Assembly (NCBI GenBank): GCA_030770535.1
Contig: JASVEC010000020.1
Span: forward strand, 248,001 to 312,000
DNA length: 64,000 nt
Reading direction: 5' to 3'
Source of the DNA: Batkoa obscura
Lineage: Eukaryota
In this document: one piece after another, positions 43,001 through 55,620 of the stretch
Layout: each line of letters begins with the position of its first letter
How positions within the stretch are numbered: the first letter of the stretch is position 1
The notes under the pieces: generated by a model
Seen by the model: the letters and a program-made list of their open reading frames with translations, nothing else
Databases searched by the model: none
Told to the model about the DNA's origin: nothing
Made by a program: the position numbers and the translations under genes

Positions 43001-44699
43001 GTTTGGGGATGTATTTTTGTATTTGAGAATTTTACTAATAATCTTTCTACTCAAATAGCGCTTAAAAATGTAAAAACAATGAAATAAAAAAAAACCCCAT
43101 TTAATATGATTTAAATAAATATTAAATAAAGTAAAGTTTTAAAAATTAATGTTATTTAGTTCTATCTAGTTTTTCAAAATACACTTTTTATATTTAAATA
43201 AATACTTCAAGAAAGCAAACTTTGTAGACTTCTTTAATAGAATTTAATAAACTAATAATCATACAATGTGTCAATTTAAAATGTTTTGTTTTTGCTCTAT
43301 TCTACTCATACAATTTAAATATAATATGGGGATGTATTTTTGTGTTTAAGAATTTTATTAATAATCTTTCTACTTAAATAGCGCTTAAAAAGTGGAAAAA
43401 ACAATGAAGTCAAAAAAAACACTCCCATATAATGATCGGATCATATATGAAATTTATTTATATGATATTCCTTAAGTTTAATAAAAAGAAAAAGCTAGCA
43501 TTTGGGGATGTATTTGTTTGCTTAAGGATTTTACCAATAATTTTTCTACTCAAATAGTGCTTAAAAGGTGGAAAAAGTAATGAAACTAAAAAAAACATCC
43601 CCATTTAAAGATTGGCATAGATTTCTATTTGGTCCTTAGATTTAAAATTATCTAAAATTTTTATAGTAGTGGTATAAATGACAATTCATTTAAGGTCTTC
43701 TATCAAATTAATAATAGTATTATTTATATTTGAATTATTATCAAACACAGCTGTCCTTTCATTTGAATCTACTTTAAATAAGTTGTCAAATGAAATAGCA
43801 GTGCTATTACGGTATAATATTGCTGGATCGTTAAGTTGATTTAATTCAAGGTTTGAATCCTCAACTGGAAAATTATAATAATGGGAATTTTGTTCCCATA
43901 TCCATACTCACCTTTTTGTTAGCCTGGGATAGCTTTAAGGAGTTTAAATGGTAAAAGTATAGGGTCAAATTATTCTTACTATTGTTTTATTTCCTTTACT
44001 TATAATAGCAATATAACCTATAAATGATAATAAATAATGAAACTATCCCAATTAAACTCCAGTATCTTTATTCATTTCTAAGCTACTATTTGGCTTTAAT
44101 ATTCTATATGTTCATTTAATGCATGTGATGACTGAAATCTCCATTCATTTTCAAATTACTATCCCACTTGTATTGCTTGATTCAATTATTTTCCTTCATC
44201 ACAAAAAATGGTATACTTTCATGAAGACATTAATATGAGTGATAAGCAATATTATGCTAATCATCAATAAACTTACTTGAATGTTATGCTCTGTTAATAT
44301 TAAGTATCTCACTACTAAAAGTGATAATATTAATTCTCGTCCATTCCTAATCGGTTAAGTTTATAATTTGTATGGGATTGTACAAAATATTGTAGTCTTT
44401 TATTTTTTCTGTATCACTATAAACCAATACATAATTCAAATCAGGTAAATAAGTATCTAAATATCACACCCTTATTATATTATCAAAATCCTTTGTTTTT
44501 ATTCTTTCATAAGCTTTCACATATATTATATAATAAATATACCTAATTTTATATCATTAGCTCTATAGAGTAAATTTGGTTTGAATGTTCACTTTCAGGT
44601 TCTATATAGGAATATTTTTTTTGAGAATCTTACTAATAATCTTCCACTCAAACAGTGCTTAAAAAATGGAAAAAGTGATGAAAAAGAACATCCACATAC
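43001..44699 (+). mobile_element. Four MITE family 1 copies (43001-43102, 43324-43430, 43500-43606, 44604-44699)
   Basis: Consensus matches. Flanks are GTTT/ATTT, ATAT/ATAT, ATTT/ATTT and ATAT/ATAC. Confidence 0.9.
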
Positions 44700-45391
44700 C
44701 AAAGTTTCTTATAAGGCATACGACCAATTATAGCCTTAGTAGTAGACTTGATCATAGTAGCTATATGAGATCCATTGAGAGGCATATTAGGAAGAAAAGC
44801 AGCACCAATAGCCTAAAAATGATGTTCGGATGTGCAGAACATTATGACTTCATTAACTAATAGATAAAAATGGGTTTTAAAATCTAATGAAGAACCGCTA
44901 TAAAAATAGTGTATCACCTACACTTATAATCAATCTGCCAGTAAATTTCCTTGATAACATACAAATAATGTAACCTTAATTATCCATTTTCTTTATCTAA
45001 GTTAATTGCAAACAATTCTAAATCTATTCAATTTATGCTTGGGTTTGATCTGGAATGAAATCTGTCTATTATTGCATTTAAATTATTTTTTTACATATAA
45101 AAATACAACTCAAATGCATTACTAATAAAATTTATCACTGAGCTTATATTTGAATAAAAGTTAAGATGATTAAAAGGTGACTGTTTAAGTTTATTCCCTC
45201 ACCAATTACTTCTCTTTCACAATTTATCTCTCTCCTTTTTAGTGTAGTATGAACTAATAGCGTTTGACCATACAATATTATGCTACATTTTATAAATCCT
45301 TTATTATCTTTTGGGCTTTTTTAAGCGCTCTACTCGTTAGGTTCATCAATAGCGGTAATAATGTAGATATCAATAAATATGGGTTATACAT
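43640..45391 (-). pseudogene. Heavily decayed kelch-repeat membrane-protein paralogue (copy A)
   Basis: 45230-45320 matches the 5' part of the intact gene at 62320-62410 (tttataaaatgtagc...ttagttcata on the minus strand). About 43895-43915 retains a GEYG-like motif. No long ORF; interrupted by a MITE at 44604-44699. The 3' limit is approximate. Confidence 0.65.
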
Positions 45392-46518
45392 CTTTTTACC
45401 CTATTTCTTCAACAACATCATATATTTAAAACTATAAGTTCATTTATTTTAGCTATATATTCTTTTTTTATGTTTTAAATGTTCAGTCTAATTATTGACT
45501 AAAATAGGATGAGTCTGTAGTTTTTATTAAAGAGATCATGTCTTTATATCCTTTGGGGAAACGCTAGTGAAATTTTGTCGTAAAAAAAGGTTTTGTTTTT
45601 AAATAGATATACTTGATCAGTTTATTTATTTGAAAAACTTTACAGCTATGATAAAATAACACGTTTAGAAAAAATAAATTTAAGAGAAATAAACTAAAAT
45701 AAATTAAATATAAGTTGAACTATGTAATGTGCTTTAATCTATTGTAATGTTTCAAATACATACATCTTAAATCTACTAACAGCTTAAACAATAAAAAGCT
45801 ATAATTTTCTTTATTCAATTTTTGAAATGTAAAATAGCACAAATACTAAATTCATATTTCCCAATGGTTGTATCTATTGCAACTCCCCTGTGATTTTCAG
45901 AGTTATTTTTTATAGTTAAATATTCATATCCAAGTTTTAAATCTGATCTGTATAGAAATAACTTTTGATATAATTTTTATTCCTAAATGAGCGGTTGATT
46001 AGGTCGCGAAAAGATTGTAATAGTTGTAATGTTTATAAGTTTACCTAAATTTTAAATTTCGTTAGAATCAATAGACAACTTCCCTAGTTTGATTTATGTA
46101 GGAATTGGCCAATTCTGTATAGGGGTGCGTCTTCCTACTTCTATGTTTTATTTTTATCTTTATCCATTTTAGAATTCAACATTCACTAATTAAATGCTAG
46201 CAAATAGTTTATATGACTTAAGTCGAAATTTTATAAAATGGAAGCTTTCATACCATTTATCCTGTAATTTTCCGAAAAACTAACACTGAAGGATTGGGAT
46301 CGTGAGTAAAACTTTGCCAAGCTAGCGGTTTTCCTATGATTCAACAACTTTACAATGGAGAATATTATTTAGTTATAATAAGCATAGCTATCCCTTAACC
46401 TTTTATTTAATTTAATCAATATTGAGACTAGATGTTTAGCTTATGTTTAAATATAAACAAGGAAGAGTATTACTTGAGGGAATAACTATACATCACAATT
46501 GAAAAAATAAAGCAATAA

Positions 46519-48219
46519 ATGATGTATAGTGTGAATATAGTAATTTTATTTTTGTTGCCATCAATGAGTGTAACAAACAAAGGATTTGAGAAAACCAAGA
46601 GTGATAACAGAGTTTATAAAATGTATCATAATATTATATGGTCAAACATTGTTAACTCATAATACAATCAAAAAGAAACAAATTAATAGTGAGAGAAGCA
46701 GATGACAAAGAGAGAAGCTCAAAAAATAGTTGCTTTTTAGTCAATTTAACTTTAACTATTAACTTGAATCAAATTTACTCAAATGTGAATTTAAAAAGTA
46801 ATTTTATAAACAATAGCTTTGACCTTCTCACATAAAACAATTCAAATGTCATAGCAGTGTTAAATAAACTTCATTCATATAACAAATGTAATAATGCAAA
46901 AGACAAATTTTTATTACTGTATACAATTAGTTTAGAGAGAAAAATATTGACTATTAAAAACAGCAAGCCTGAGTATTCCACAGATAATTACAGTGGTAGA
47001 TTGATAACAAATGTAAAGAATAGTTTATTTACTTATGGCAGTTAAAAATCAAGCCTAAAGACTAATATTCCTACAAGTAAAATTTTAATAGTTTTTGACT
47101 CAAACTATAATAACCCTTTCCACGCTAGAGTCGAAATTGATTCAAACATGACACCTAATGTTTTTCATACATTTACTATGATTATACTTGGTGGCGTATC
47201 TTATAAAAAGTTTGACGACATAGAATGTAGAAATGACTTCAGTCCAAACTACACAGATGATTCCAAAAATCAGCAATAGAAAATTTAGAAAATATCCATA
47301 TGTACAATATAGATTTGGGATTGTATAAGAAAATAGAAACGAAGGATTATGATGATAGAGTAAGAATGGGACGCTCTGATACTTATTTATCTGATATGAA
47401 TTCTATATTAGTTTGTAATTATATAGGTAAAGTAAATGACTATGATGTTTTGTACAATGATATAGTGCTATTAGGTTTGACCAATTGGTAATAGATATGA
47501 ATTACCATAAAGGGTTTTAACAATAATTTATTTGACGTTGGTAGAGCGTGGTATTCAAGTGAATTAATTGGCGATAAAATGGTATACTTTTATGGGGATA
47601 TTAACATCAGGGATAATTAATATATGTTATTACAATTGATTTATGAACGCTTGGTTTGAAAAAGAAAACAATTAAATTGGATGATACAATTGAACCAGTA
47701 ATAAAAAGAGAGAATAAAGATTTTAGTCAATTGTATACACCAAATGAAGCTATGATTTATTACAGAAAAAGATATAATTCAAATTCATATTTATATTTAA
47801 CTATATCAGATGTCGTTAGAATTGTACTTGCTGTAATTTTATTTATTATCATATCAGCTATTTTATTGAATTATTCAAGAAATAAATATAAAAGATGGAA
47901 ATGGTTTAGGAAATATAGTTCAATCGAATTAACTCTACGTCCTACTTTCTTATCTTCCTTAAACTTATCTTTACCTAATACTAAAAATGGAGATGAATAT
48001 GGAATCTGGGAAATGAACTCAATTTATACTAATTCAGTTCATAGTTTTGAAGCTGAATTTAGTCATTATAATGAAGCAATAGTATTATGTCGTTGTAATA
48101 ACACTGCTGCTTCAACTAATAAGACTACTAAAGTAAATCTAAATAGAGAGATAACTGAATTTAATATTGATTCTATTACAAACAATATCACAGTTAATTC
48201 AACTAATAATTTCAAATAA
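46519..48219 (+). pseudogene. Kelch-repeat membrane-protein paralogue with stops and frameshifts (copy B)
   Basis: Collinear with 60660-62486 (e.g. LYKKIETKDYDDRVRMG, FDVGRAWYSSELI, TM, GDEYGIW) but broken into ORF fragments 46857-47045, 47300-47491 and 47656-48219. Confidence 0.85.
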
Positions 48220-48281
48220 CAAGTTATTTGGTTCTTTTTTATACCTTTATGTTATAAACTTAAATAATAACAAAATTCATT

Positions 48282-48387
48282 ATATGGGGATGTATTTTTC
48301 TGTTTAAGAATTTTACTAATAATTTTTCCACTCAAATAGCGCTTAAAAGATAGAAAAAGTAATGAAGTAGAAAAAACACCCTCATAT
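48282..48387 (+). mobile_element. MITE family 1 copy at the outer breakpoint of the left duplication arm
   Basis: Full length, with ATAT flanks. Confidence 0.9.
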
Positions 48388-48579
48388 TTAGTTTTTATTA
48401 AATACTTTTATGTTCAACTAGTAAACAAAGCACTAGTTAAATTGAAAATTAAAAAAACAATTCCATTTATTAAAGTTGAATCTTTATTGCTAATACTTTC
48501 ATATTATAACATTAAATCTATCATCAAATATAATCTTATATAACAAAAGAAATTTAATTATAACTGTATTTCACTTTCA

Positions 48580-48702
48580 ATTATAATTCAGTTATAATTC
48601 AGTTATAATTCAGTTATAATTCAGTTATAACTCACTTATAATTCAGTTATAAATTCACTTACAAATTCACTTACAAATTCACTTACAAATTCACTTATAA
48701 TT
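48580..48702. repeat. Minisatellites (ttataattcag)n and (acaaattcactt)n in the 3' region of the duplicated gene; mirrored at 59418-59540
   Basis: Tandem 11- and 12-mers seen directly. Confidence 0.85.
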
Positions 48703-48710
48703 CATTGCTT

Positions 48711-50584
48711 TTATTCCAAATCCCAACAAGGTACTTCCTTTAACATATCTTTAAACTCTACCTTATCATTCAACAATACTTTTACTTTATTAAATGTACT
48801 TATTGATTTCACTTTTTTTAAACAATTCATAAATTCAATCTTCTCAAATTCCATAGTTTCAAAGTTTATAAAAAACATGAATAATACAGAAAATTTATAA
48901 AATAATTGAGTTGAATCTAAATAAAGTCAATTAAATAAAAAGAACTAGTTAATAACATATTAAAAATAATACAAATTAATATTTACCTTCTTTTTCTATT
49001 TTATAAAAATAAACTCTAGGATACCATAATTTACGATTAGTCAACAATAATACTAATGATTCTTTATATTGTTTATATTCTTTTTGTTTTACAAATATTG
49101 AATTAAATTCACTAAAATATATTAAAGATAAATATATTACTATATTATTTAATATTATTTAATAATAATTTTATAAAAATAATCAACTTACATTATTAAT
49201 TTCAAAAATACTAACAAATACTCCCAATAAATTGATTTTTGTTCATATTCTAAATGATTTAATAGCCATTCTAAACAATGAGGTAAAGCATAAAACATAA
49301 GTTTCGTTTTGTTTATTCCTTTTTGATAGTAATCTATAATATTTATTAATAATGAATGATTCAGATGTCCATTATTAAAATAGTTATAAATACATTTCAA
49401 CCATTTTTTTTTACTTTGATATAAATTATAATATTCTATTTTGATTTGTAAACTAAATTTATCATTGTTTTTATAATTATCACATATTCTTATACTTTTT
49501 TTTAATAATGCTGATTTTTGTTCTTTTTCTTCAGTAAGTGCTCGTTTAATTAATGTAGAAGATAAATCTAATTTGAGAAATAAATCTTCTTTACCTCCAT
49601 TTTCTCGATAAATTTCAAAATTGTTAATACTTTCTAATAAACTAGTTATAGTTTCACTTGTTAATTGAAGATGAGAATCTATTTAATTATTTAATTAATA
49701 TTATTTATTTATATTATTTATTTATATTATTTATTTATATTATTTAATTAATATTATTTATTTATATTATTTATTTATATTATTTATTTATATTATTTAT
49801 TTATATTATTTATTTATATTATTACCTTCTATTATCTTTTCTAGTCCAAAATCAAACTCATTTGTTAATGTTTGCTTCCTCCCTTCAGGAGTCTTAATTT
49901 CTATTCCATTTTCTATTAACTCCATGAATAGCCCCAATACAAATTTAAAATAATAAATTATCCCTAAATACCCATTGATAAAAGCATCTTTCACTAACTC
50001 TTTTTTGTTTTGATATCCTATTAGTAAATGAATGATCATTTCTACTTGTTCAATTGAAAACCGTAATTGGGATAAATTGAATGTAATAGTAGGTAATTGA
50101 ATAAGCTCATGATTGATAAACTCAATCAAATATTCACGACCAGTACAGCTAGGTAAAGAAAGTAAATATAAAAAGTACTTTTTTAAGTTAATGTTAGGAT
50201 CCGAATATGCTAGTTTTTTTAATACAGCTAATTGTAACTATTAAATTAAAATTTAATTAAAGCTTGTATTAATTAATATAAACATAGATATACATTTATA
50301 TTTATATTTATATTTATATTTACATGTTTATATTTATATTTATATTTACATGTTTATATTTTTACATATATTTGTTATTTTAAATGATCAAATACAAAAA
50401 ATAGTACAAAAATAATACTTACTCTATAATAACTTTTATTTAATGATATGGAAGTATTATTTAATATCGATAAATTCAAACTTGCTGCTGGATAATTATG
50501 TTCATATATGTTTCTTTCATAATCTATCAATTGTAAGTTGATTTGTTGATTACGTCCTGCTCCTGAATCAAGTTGACGAAACAT
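48711..50584 (-). CDS. Helical protein, possibly TAF1A/Rrn11-like Pol I factor (5 exons; copy 1)
   Basis: In-phase GT-AG spliced model. The C-terminal LLNHLEY...YWEYLLVFLKLI...NRKLWYPRVYF recalls the TAF1A W.YL...RK.WWP..HF pattern, from memory only. The gene itself is well supported; the product is not. Confidence 0.4.
49690..49820. repeat. 13-bp AT-only minisatellite (tatttatttatat)n inside an intron; mirrored at 58300-58430
   Basis: Seen directly. Confidence 0.85.
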
Positions 50585-50773
50585 GTTATTGTATATAAAA
50601 CTAAAGTTGAAATATTTTAAAATAAGTTAAAGTTATGGTGGTAATTTTTTTGTGAATGTTATATGTGATATTATTGGTTGACTTAAACATTAACTATTTT
50701 TCTCCTTTTATTTTTTGAAGTTAAATTTCTAAATTTGTTTTGCTACTTTTATAAAATAAAACTGATATTTGAA

Positions 50774-53040
50774 ATGACGGATATAGATTCTATTATTGAC
50801 CAAATTCAACAAGGTAATTATTAGTATAGAAAAACAAAAATGATTAAATAAAAACAACGACTTGTTATTATCAGTTGGTACAGGAAGTCTAAATCATTTT
50901 AAAAGAGAAAGAGTTAATGATCTACTTCAACATTGGGATAATTATGTAATTGATAATGGATTGAACTATAACCAAATAGATACTATAATTGATTGGATTT
51001 TAAGTAATGATATAGGTAAATAACAATAATAATAAAAGGAAACAACTATAATAACAATTTAATTTTAGAACATTCGATTATTAAAAAAGTAGTAATATTA
51101 TTGATCCCCAATTGTCGACTAGATAGTGAAATAGTCATCAAAATCTTAAGTAAACTAAATTATAAAATGGACTTAAATAATGTATTATTATTAAAATGGA
51201 GTTTAACAATTATGAATGAATTAAATTTAATAGATAATTTATTCAAATTAAAAAAATTATATTCTTTATTATTTCATTATTTAAATTTTGATACCATTCA
51301 AGATTTAATGGCTAATTATTTATATTTATTAACGGAAGAGCATCATGTGAAACCTTTCAGAATTCGAATGCTGTAAGTATTATTTATTTAATATTTGATT
51401 ATTTTTTTATATTATTAATTATTAATTATTAGATATGAGTTACAAAATAAATACCCATTATCTTCAAGTATTCAATCTTTATTACAATGTTATAAAGGAT
51501 ATTCACCTAATTCAGTTATATTAATTAAATCTAATATTAATAAAAAAGGCGACTTTGCTCAAAATAATAATCAAGAATGGAGTAATATTGTAAGAAAAAT
51601 TATAATAAATCAAAATCAATTAAAAAATATTAGTTTTAGTAGCGAATTGTTAAATCAAAATAATCAATATTTCATGAATAATAGTAGTATGAATCAACCT
51701 CAATTCAAAAAACAAAAAATAGTGAACATTTATTATGATGTAAAGAAAGTTAATATAAAGAACTGGAAATCTATCGAAAACATTAAATTTAGTAATCAAT
51801 TATTATGGGATACAAAAATGCAAATTATTGCTAAGCTACAACAAAATGAAATGTCCGGTTATATAATAAAATTTAACTGGTTTATTAATTCGATATTAAA
51901 AGAAAAAATTGTGTATAGCAATCAATATAAAAAAGACTTACAATTGGAAGAGTTTCTGATGAATTGTTGCCAATTTCTCCAATTTTTCCCTAATTTATAT
52001 CTTCCATCAATATTGTCATTTCTCACTCATTATTTGTTAATTTGGGATGGAGAAAGATACCAAAGTATTATATTTCGATTAATTCAATTAATATCTAGTA
52101 ACATTGATTATAAAGATTTTTATGAATGTATCTTATTGCCATTGATGAAATTAGCACAATTTAATGGTGATTTGTTTTCAATTAAATTAATGTATCTATT
52201 TTATAATATACTAAATCAATGGAATTTATGTTATAATGAATTACAATTTAATAAATACTTATTATTTATTGATTTTGTAGAACAATATTATCAGATTCAG
52301 TATATTTTAGTAAATAATAATAGCAATGGACTAAATCTAGCATACTTATTATTTAATAATCAAGTAGCCAAATTAAATATCAAATTTAATATACCAATAT
52401 TAAAAATACCAAGCAATTGTATATTTTCATTATGTTATTTTACTAATTCATTAACAGAATTTAATTTAATATTGAAATATTTAATTAATTTTAAAAAAAG
52501 TTATGAATTATTAAATCAATCTCAAAGCAATACACCAGTAACTACCACTCTCAATACATCAACAACAATGACAACGATTGATATTAATACAATTAATCAA
52601 TTAAATTCAATAATTATATTGTATTGTAATTCATTATATAAATTCAAAGGAATTAATTTACAACATTCAATTTTATTAAAACAAAATTCAATATTTGAAT
52701 TGAATTTTTCGTTAATTAATGAATTAAGTTTATTTATTCAAAATCAATTTGAGGATTTAAACTTTAATGATTGTTTACCTTTAGCTAATCACTTAGCTAC
52801 AATGAATTTATTTTTAATATTTTTAAAAAGGAAAGGAATACAGTTAAAAAAACCGTTAAGCTTAGATTGGATTAAAAAGGATGAAAATAAAGTAAGTATT
52901 ATTTATTATTTATTATTTAATTTCTATATTAATGAAATTGTTTTTAGTTATATAGTCAATGTTTTCAACAATTTTTACAAACATTACCTATTGTTAATGA
53001 ATTTTTAATGTATTTTTTACCTAATTTTAATAAAAAATAA
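50774..53040 (+). CDS. CENPI: Inner-kinetochore protein CENP-I/Mis6/Ctf3 (multi-exon)
   Basis: LYSLLFHYL...LYLLTEEHHVKPFRIRML and FLTHYLLIWDG...IFRLI are Mis6-family motifs. ATG at 50774; the last exon ends with TAA at 53040. Confidence 0.82.
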
Positions 53041-53148
53041 TTTAATGAGTGTAAAAAAATTATATTAAATAAAAGGTAAAGGTAAAAGTAAAAGTAGGAA
53101 TAACTATTATGTTTATTTATTTATTTATTATTCTTGTTATTATTTAAA

Positions 53149-55335
53149 CTATATTTTAATTTCTAATTGTTGAAATAAATAATTAATTACTTCAAATTGA
53201 TAGTTGAAATATTTTAATTTCTCAATTTCTAATTGATTTTTATTATTTATTAATATTAGTTTATTATTACTATTGTTATTGTTATTTATTATACTCTTAA
53301 TTTCTTCATTAGTTAACCTTTTATCTGTATTTACTTTATCTAATTGTATCAATTCTTTTCTAATATTACTAATTATTAAATTATAATTAAATAATATATT
53401 ATCTAAATGAAACTGGTGTGTATAATAATTATATTTAAAATAATAATCTAAATGCTGATTCCAATTAAATTCATTATCAATTATTTTTTTTGGCAAATAA
53501 TAACTTCGATTTAATTGTGATAATAATATAATACAATTAATTAAATTAAATTGAATATTTGGTTGTTGACTTTTAATTAAATTATAATATTCCATAATTT
53601 TATTACTTGAACGATATTTTCTACCAATATACTTAAATATGTTTGAAATTAAATGATTACTTAATAGCTCATTTTTACTTTCTCTTTCATTTTCTCCCTC
53701 TTTCTTTTCTTTAAATATTATCTCTAATAATTGTTCTATTTTGTCTAATTGATTTGTTTTTAAATAATAATTAAAAACAATCGATATAATTTTAGAATTT
53801 AATACTAATTTTTTTTGCGATATTAAATTTAATAATTCATTAAAATATCTTTTAGTTATACATTGTTTTGATGTGGCATCTAATAAAGTAGCTAATATTA
53901 ATATTATTTGGTCTTTTTCTTTATTATTATTGTTATCATTATTAAATACCTCATTATTACTGCTCATTTTAATATTGGAATTACTACTTTCATTAATATT
54001 TAATAAGTTGTCAAAATATTTCATAATCATTTTAAAATATTTAATTACGAATTGATTTTGATTCTTTATTGAGAAATAGTAAATTGTCAATTGCAACAAT
54101 TTTGCATTTCTAAATACTAATTCTTGTTGATTTAATAACTCATAATAACAATATTGATTTAACATCGTATTCTGTGGATGATTTAAATTGAACTTAATCA
54201 AAAATATTAAAAATTGAATTTGATTCTCATTATTTTTTGAATATTGAGATTTAATAAAATTATAATATTTTAATATTATACTATTATCATTAATTTGTAA
54301 TAATAAAGATAATAGTTTATTCATGAATTTAGTTTTATATTGATTTACCATTGGCTTTTGTAATATTTGATTTAATAAAAATAAACATAAATGACTTTTA
54401 CCTTTTTCTACTAATGAATTACATATCTTCATTAATCTATTTTCTATTTGTTGATTTAATCCACTATCTTTATGTCCCTTTTTGTCTAACAATATAATTA
54501 ATTGAATAATTTCGTTTTCATTTTCATTAAATTTAATATGATATTGAATAATTAATAATAGCTCGGTTGGATTTAATTCGTTAATATTAATCATCTCTTT
54601 CATTATACTCTTTAATAAATAAGGGTGTGATATTAGGCTTAATTCTAAAATTGTTTCTCTAATCAAGGTAGAATAATTCATATTATTTATATTATCATCT
54701 ACATTATTATGTTTCTTATTATATTCTATATGATCTTTATTCTTTTCTATCCCCTTTCTCTGATACAAAGTCCTCAACAAATACCCAAATTCCATAGCCG
54801 ATAATTTCAACCACTGATTATACTTAAACACCTCTTCTTTAAACTTCTTCTCTTCACCATCACAATCCATCCATATTTTCTCTATATATAACAATGATCC
54901 TTTTAAATAACCTTTTTTAAATAAACAATTTATATCCTGTTCACATTCTTCCCATATATTATTTTTTTCTATATAATAAATTAAAACTTTGATGAATTCT
55001 TTCATTTTCATTTGCTTTCTGATTGATTTGTAATTTTTATTTAATAATTTCAAATATAATTTAAAACTCTCTTTATCCATACAATTTATATCTCCAGTAC
55101 TCAGCAGACTGATGAAACTGTAACTTGCAGAAGTAATATCTTTTTTTAATAGATAATAATTCATTACTTTCAATTGTTGATTGTTGTCATTATTAATGTA
55201 AATCACTGCTTTTTCAGGTTGATATAAATATCTTGATCTTAAATCAGCTTTCCATTTTCCCGGAATTGTTTTTTTTATGGCGGAGCTTATTGGAATCCAT
55301 TTTAATACCTTTTGTTGACGTATCAACGGGTTCAT
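53149..55335 (-). CDS. Uncharacterised 728-aa alpha-helical protein, possibly mitochondrial PPR-like
   Basis: A long uninterrupted ORF in very AT-rich DNA, with a basic N-terminus and helical-repeat-like segments (e.g. LNSKIISIVFNYYLKTNQLDKIEQLLEII). The function is a guess. Confidence 0.55.
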   Translation of the reverse strand: MNPLIRQQKVLKWIPISSAIKKTIPGKWKADLRSRYLYQPEKAVIYINNDNNQQLKVMNYYLLKKDITSASYSFISLLSTGDINCMDKESFKLYLKLLNKNYKSIRKQMKMKEFIKVLIYYIEKNNIWEECEQDINCLFKKGYLKGSLLYIEKIWMDCDGEEKKFKEEVFKYNQWLKLSAMEFGYLLRTLYQRKGIEKNKDHIEYNKKHNNVDDNINNMNYSTLIRETILELSLISHPYLLKSIMKEMININELNPTELLLIIQYHIKFNENENEIIQLIILLDKKGHKDSGLNQQIENRLMKICNSLVEKGKSHLCLFLLNQILQKPMVNQYKTKFMNKLLSLLLQINDNSIILKYYNFIKSQYSKNNENQIQFLIFLIKFNLNHPQNTMLNQYCYYELLNQQELVFRNAKLLQLTIYYFSIKNQNQFVIKYFKMIMKYFDNLLNINESSNSNIKMSSNNEVFNNDNNNNKEKDQIILILATLLDATSKQCITKRYFNELLNLISQKKLVLNSKIISIVFNYYLKTNQLDKIEQLLEIIFKEKKEGENERESKNELLSNHLISNIFKYIGRKYRSSNKIMEYYNLIKSQQPNIQFNLINCIILLSQLNRSYYLPKKIIDNEFNWNQHLDYYFKYNYYTHQFHLDNILFNYNLIISNIRKELIQLDKVNTDKRLTNEEIKSIINNNNNSNNKLILINNKNQLEIEKLKYFNYQFEVINYLFQQLEIKI

Positions 55336-55474
55336 ATTAGTTTTCTATAGGGTAAAATGTTGGTTAGATGAAAAGTGAAGAGATTTTTTTGCTTTTTTTA
55401 AAATTTCTCTTGAAATTCGAAAACTTAGGATTGCTTTTGGTTTTCATTTGTTCATTTTTAATTGGGAGTTTATA

Positions 55475-55620
55475 CACTAGAAAAGGTCTTAGATAGTTAC
55501 TCTCAAAACTTTATTTAGTATTTAGTAAAGCATGAAAATTTATTTTTATTGAAAAAAAATTGATAAAACTTTACTAAATTAAGTTTTGAGGGTAACTACT
55601 ACCTAAAGCCTCTTCTAGTG
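55475..55620. mobile_element. 146-bp palindromic MITE of a second family, CACTAG...CTAGTG ends flanked by TA
   Basis: The left end cactagaaaaggtcttagatagttactctcaaaactttatttagta matches the reverse complement of the right end cactagaagaggctttaggtagtagttaccctcaaaacttaatttagta. TA occurs on both sides. Confidence 0.75.

Larger units (their letters stand above)
48295..50745. repeat. Left arm of a 2451-bp inverted segmental duplication
   Basis: Reverse complement of 57375-59825. Matching ORF coordinates always sum to 108120 and the translations are identical. Confidence 0.95.

Noticed and set aside
43001..43606. Three same-orientation ~100-bp repeats with unique spacers (also 10659-11028), superficially CRISPR-like
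   Set aside because: The repeats are too long, have TIRs and target duplications, occur dispersed in both orientations with irregular spacing, and the DNA is eukaryotic with no cas genes.
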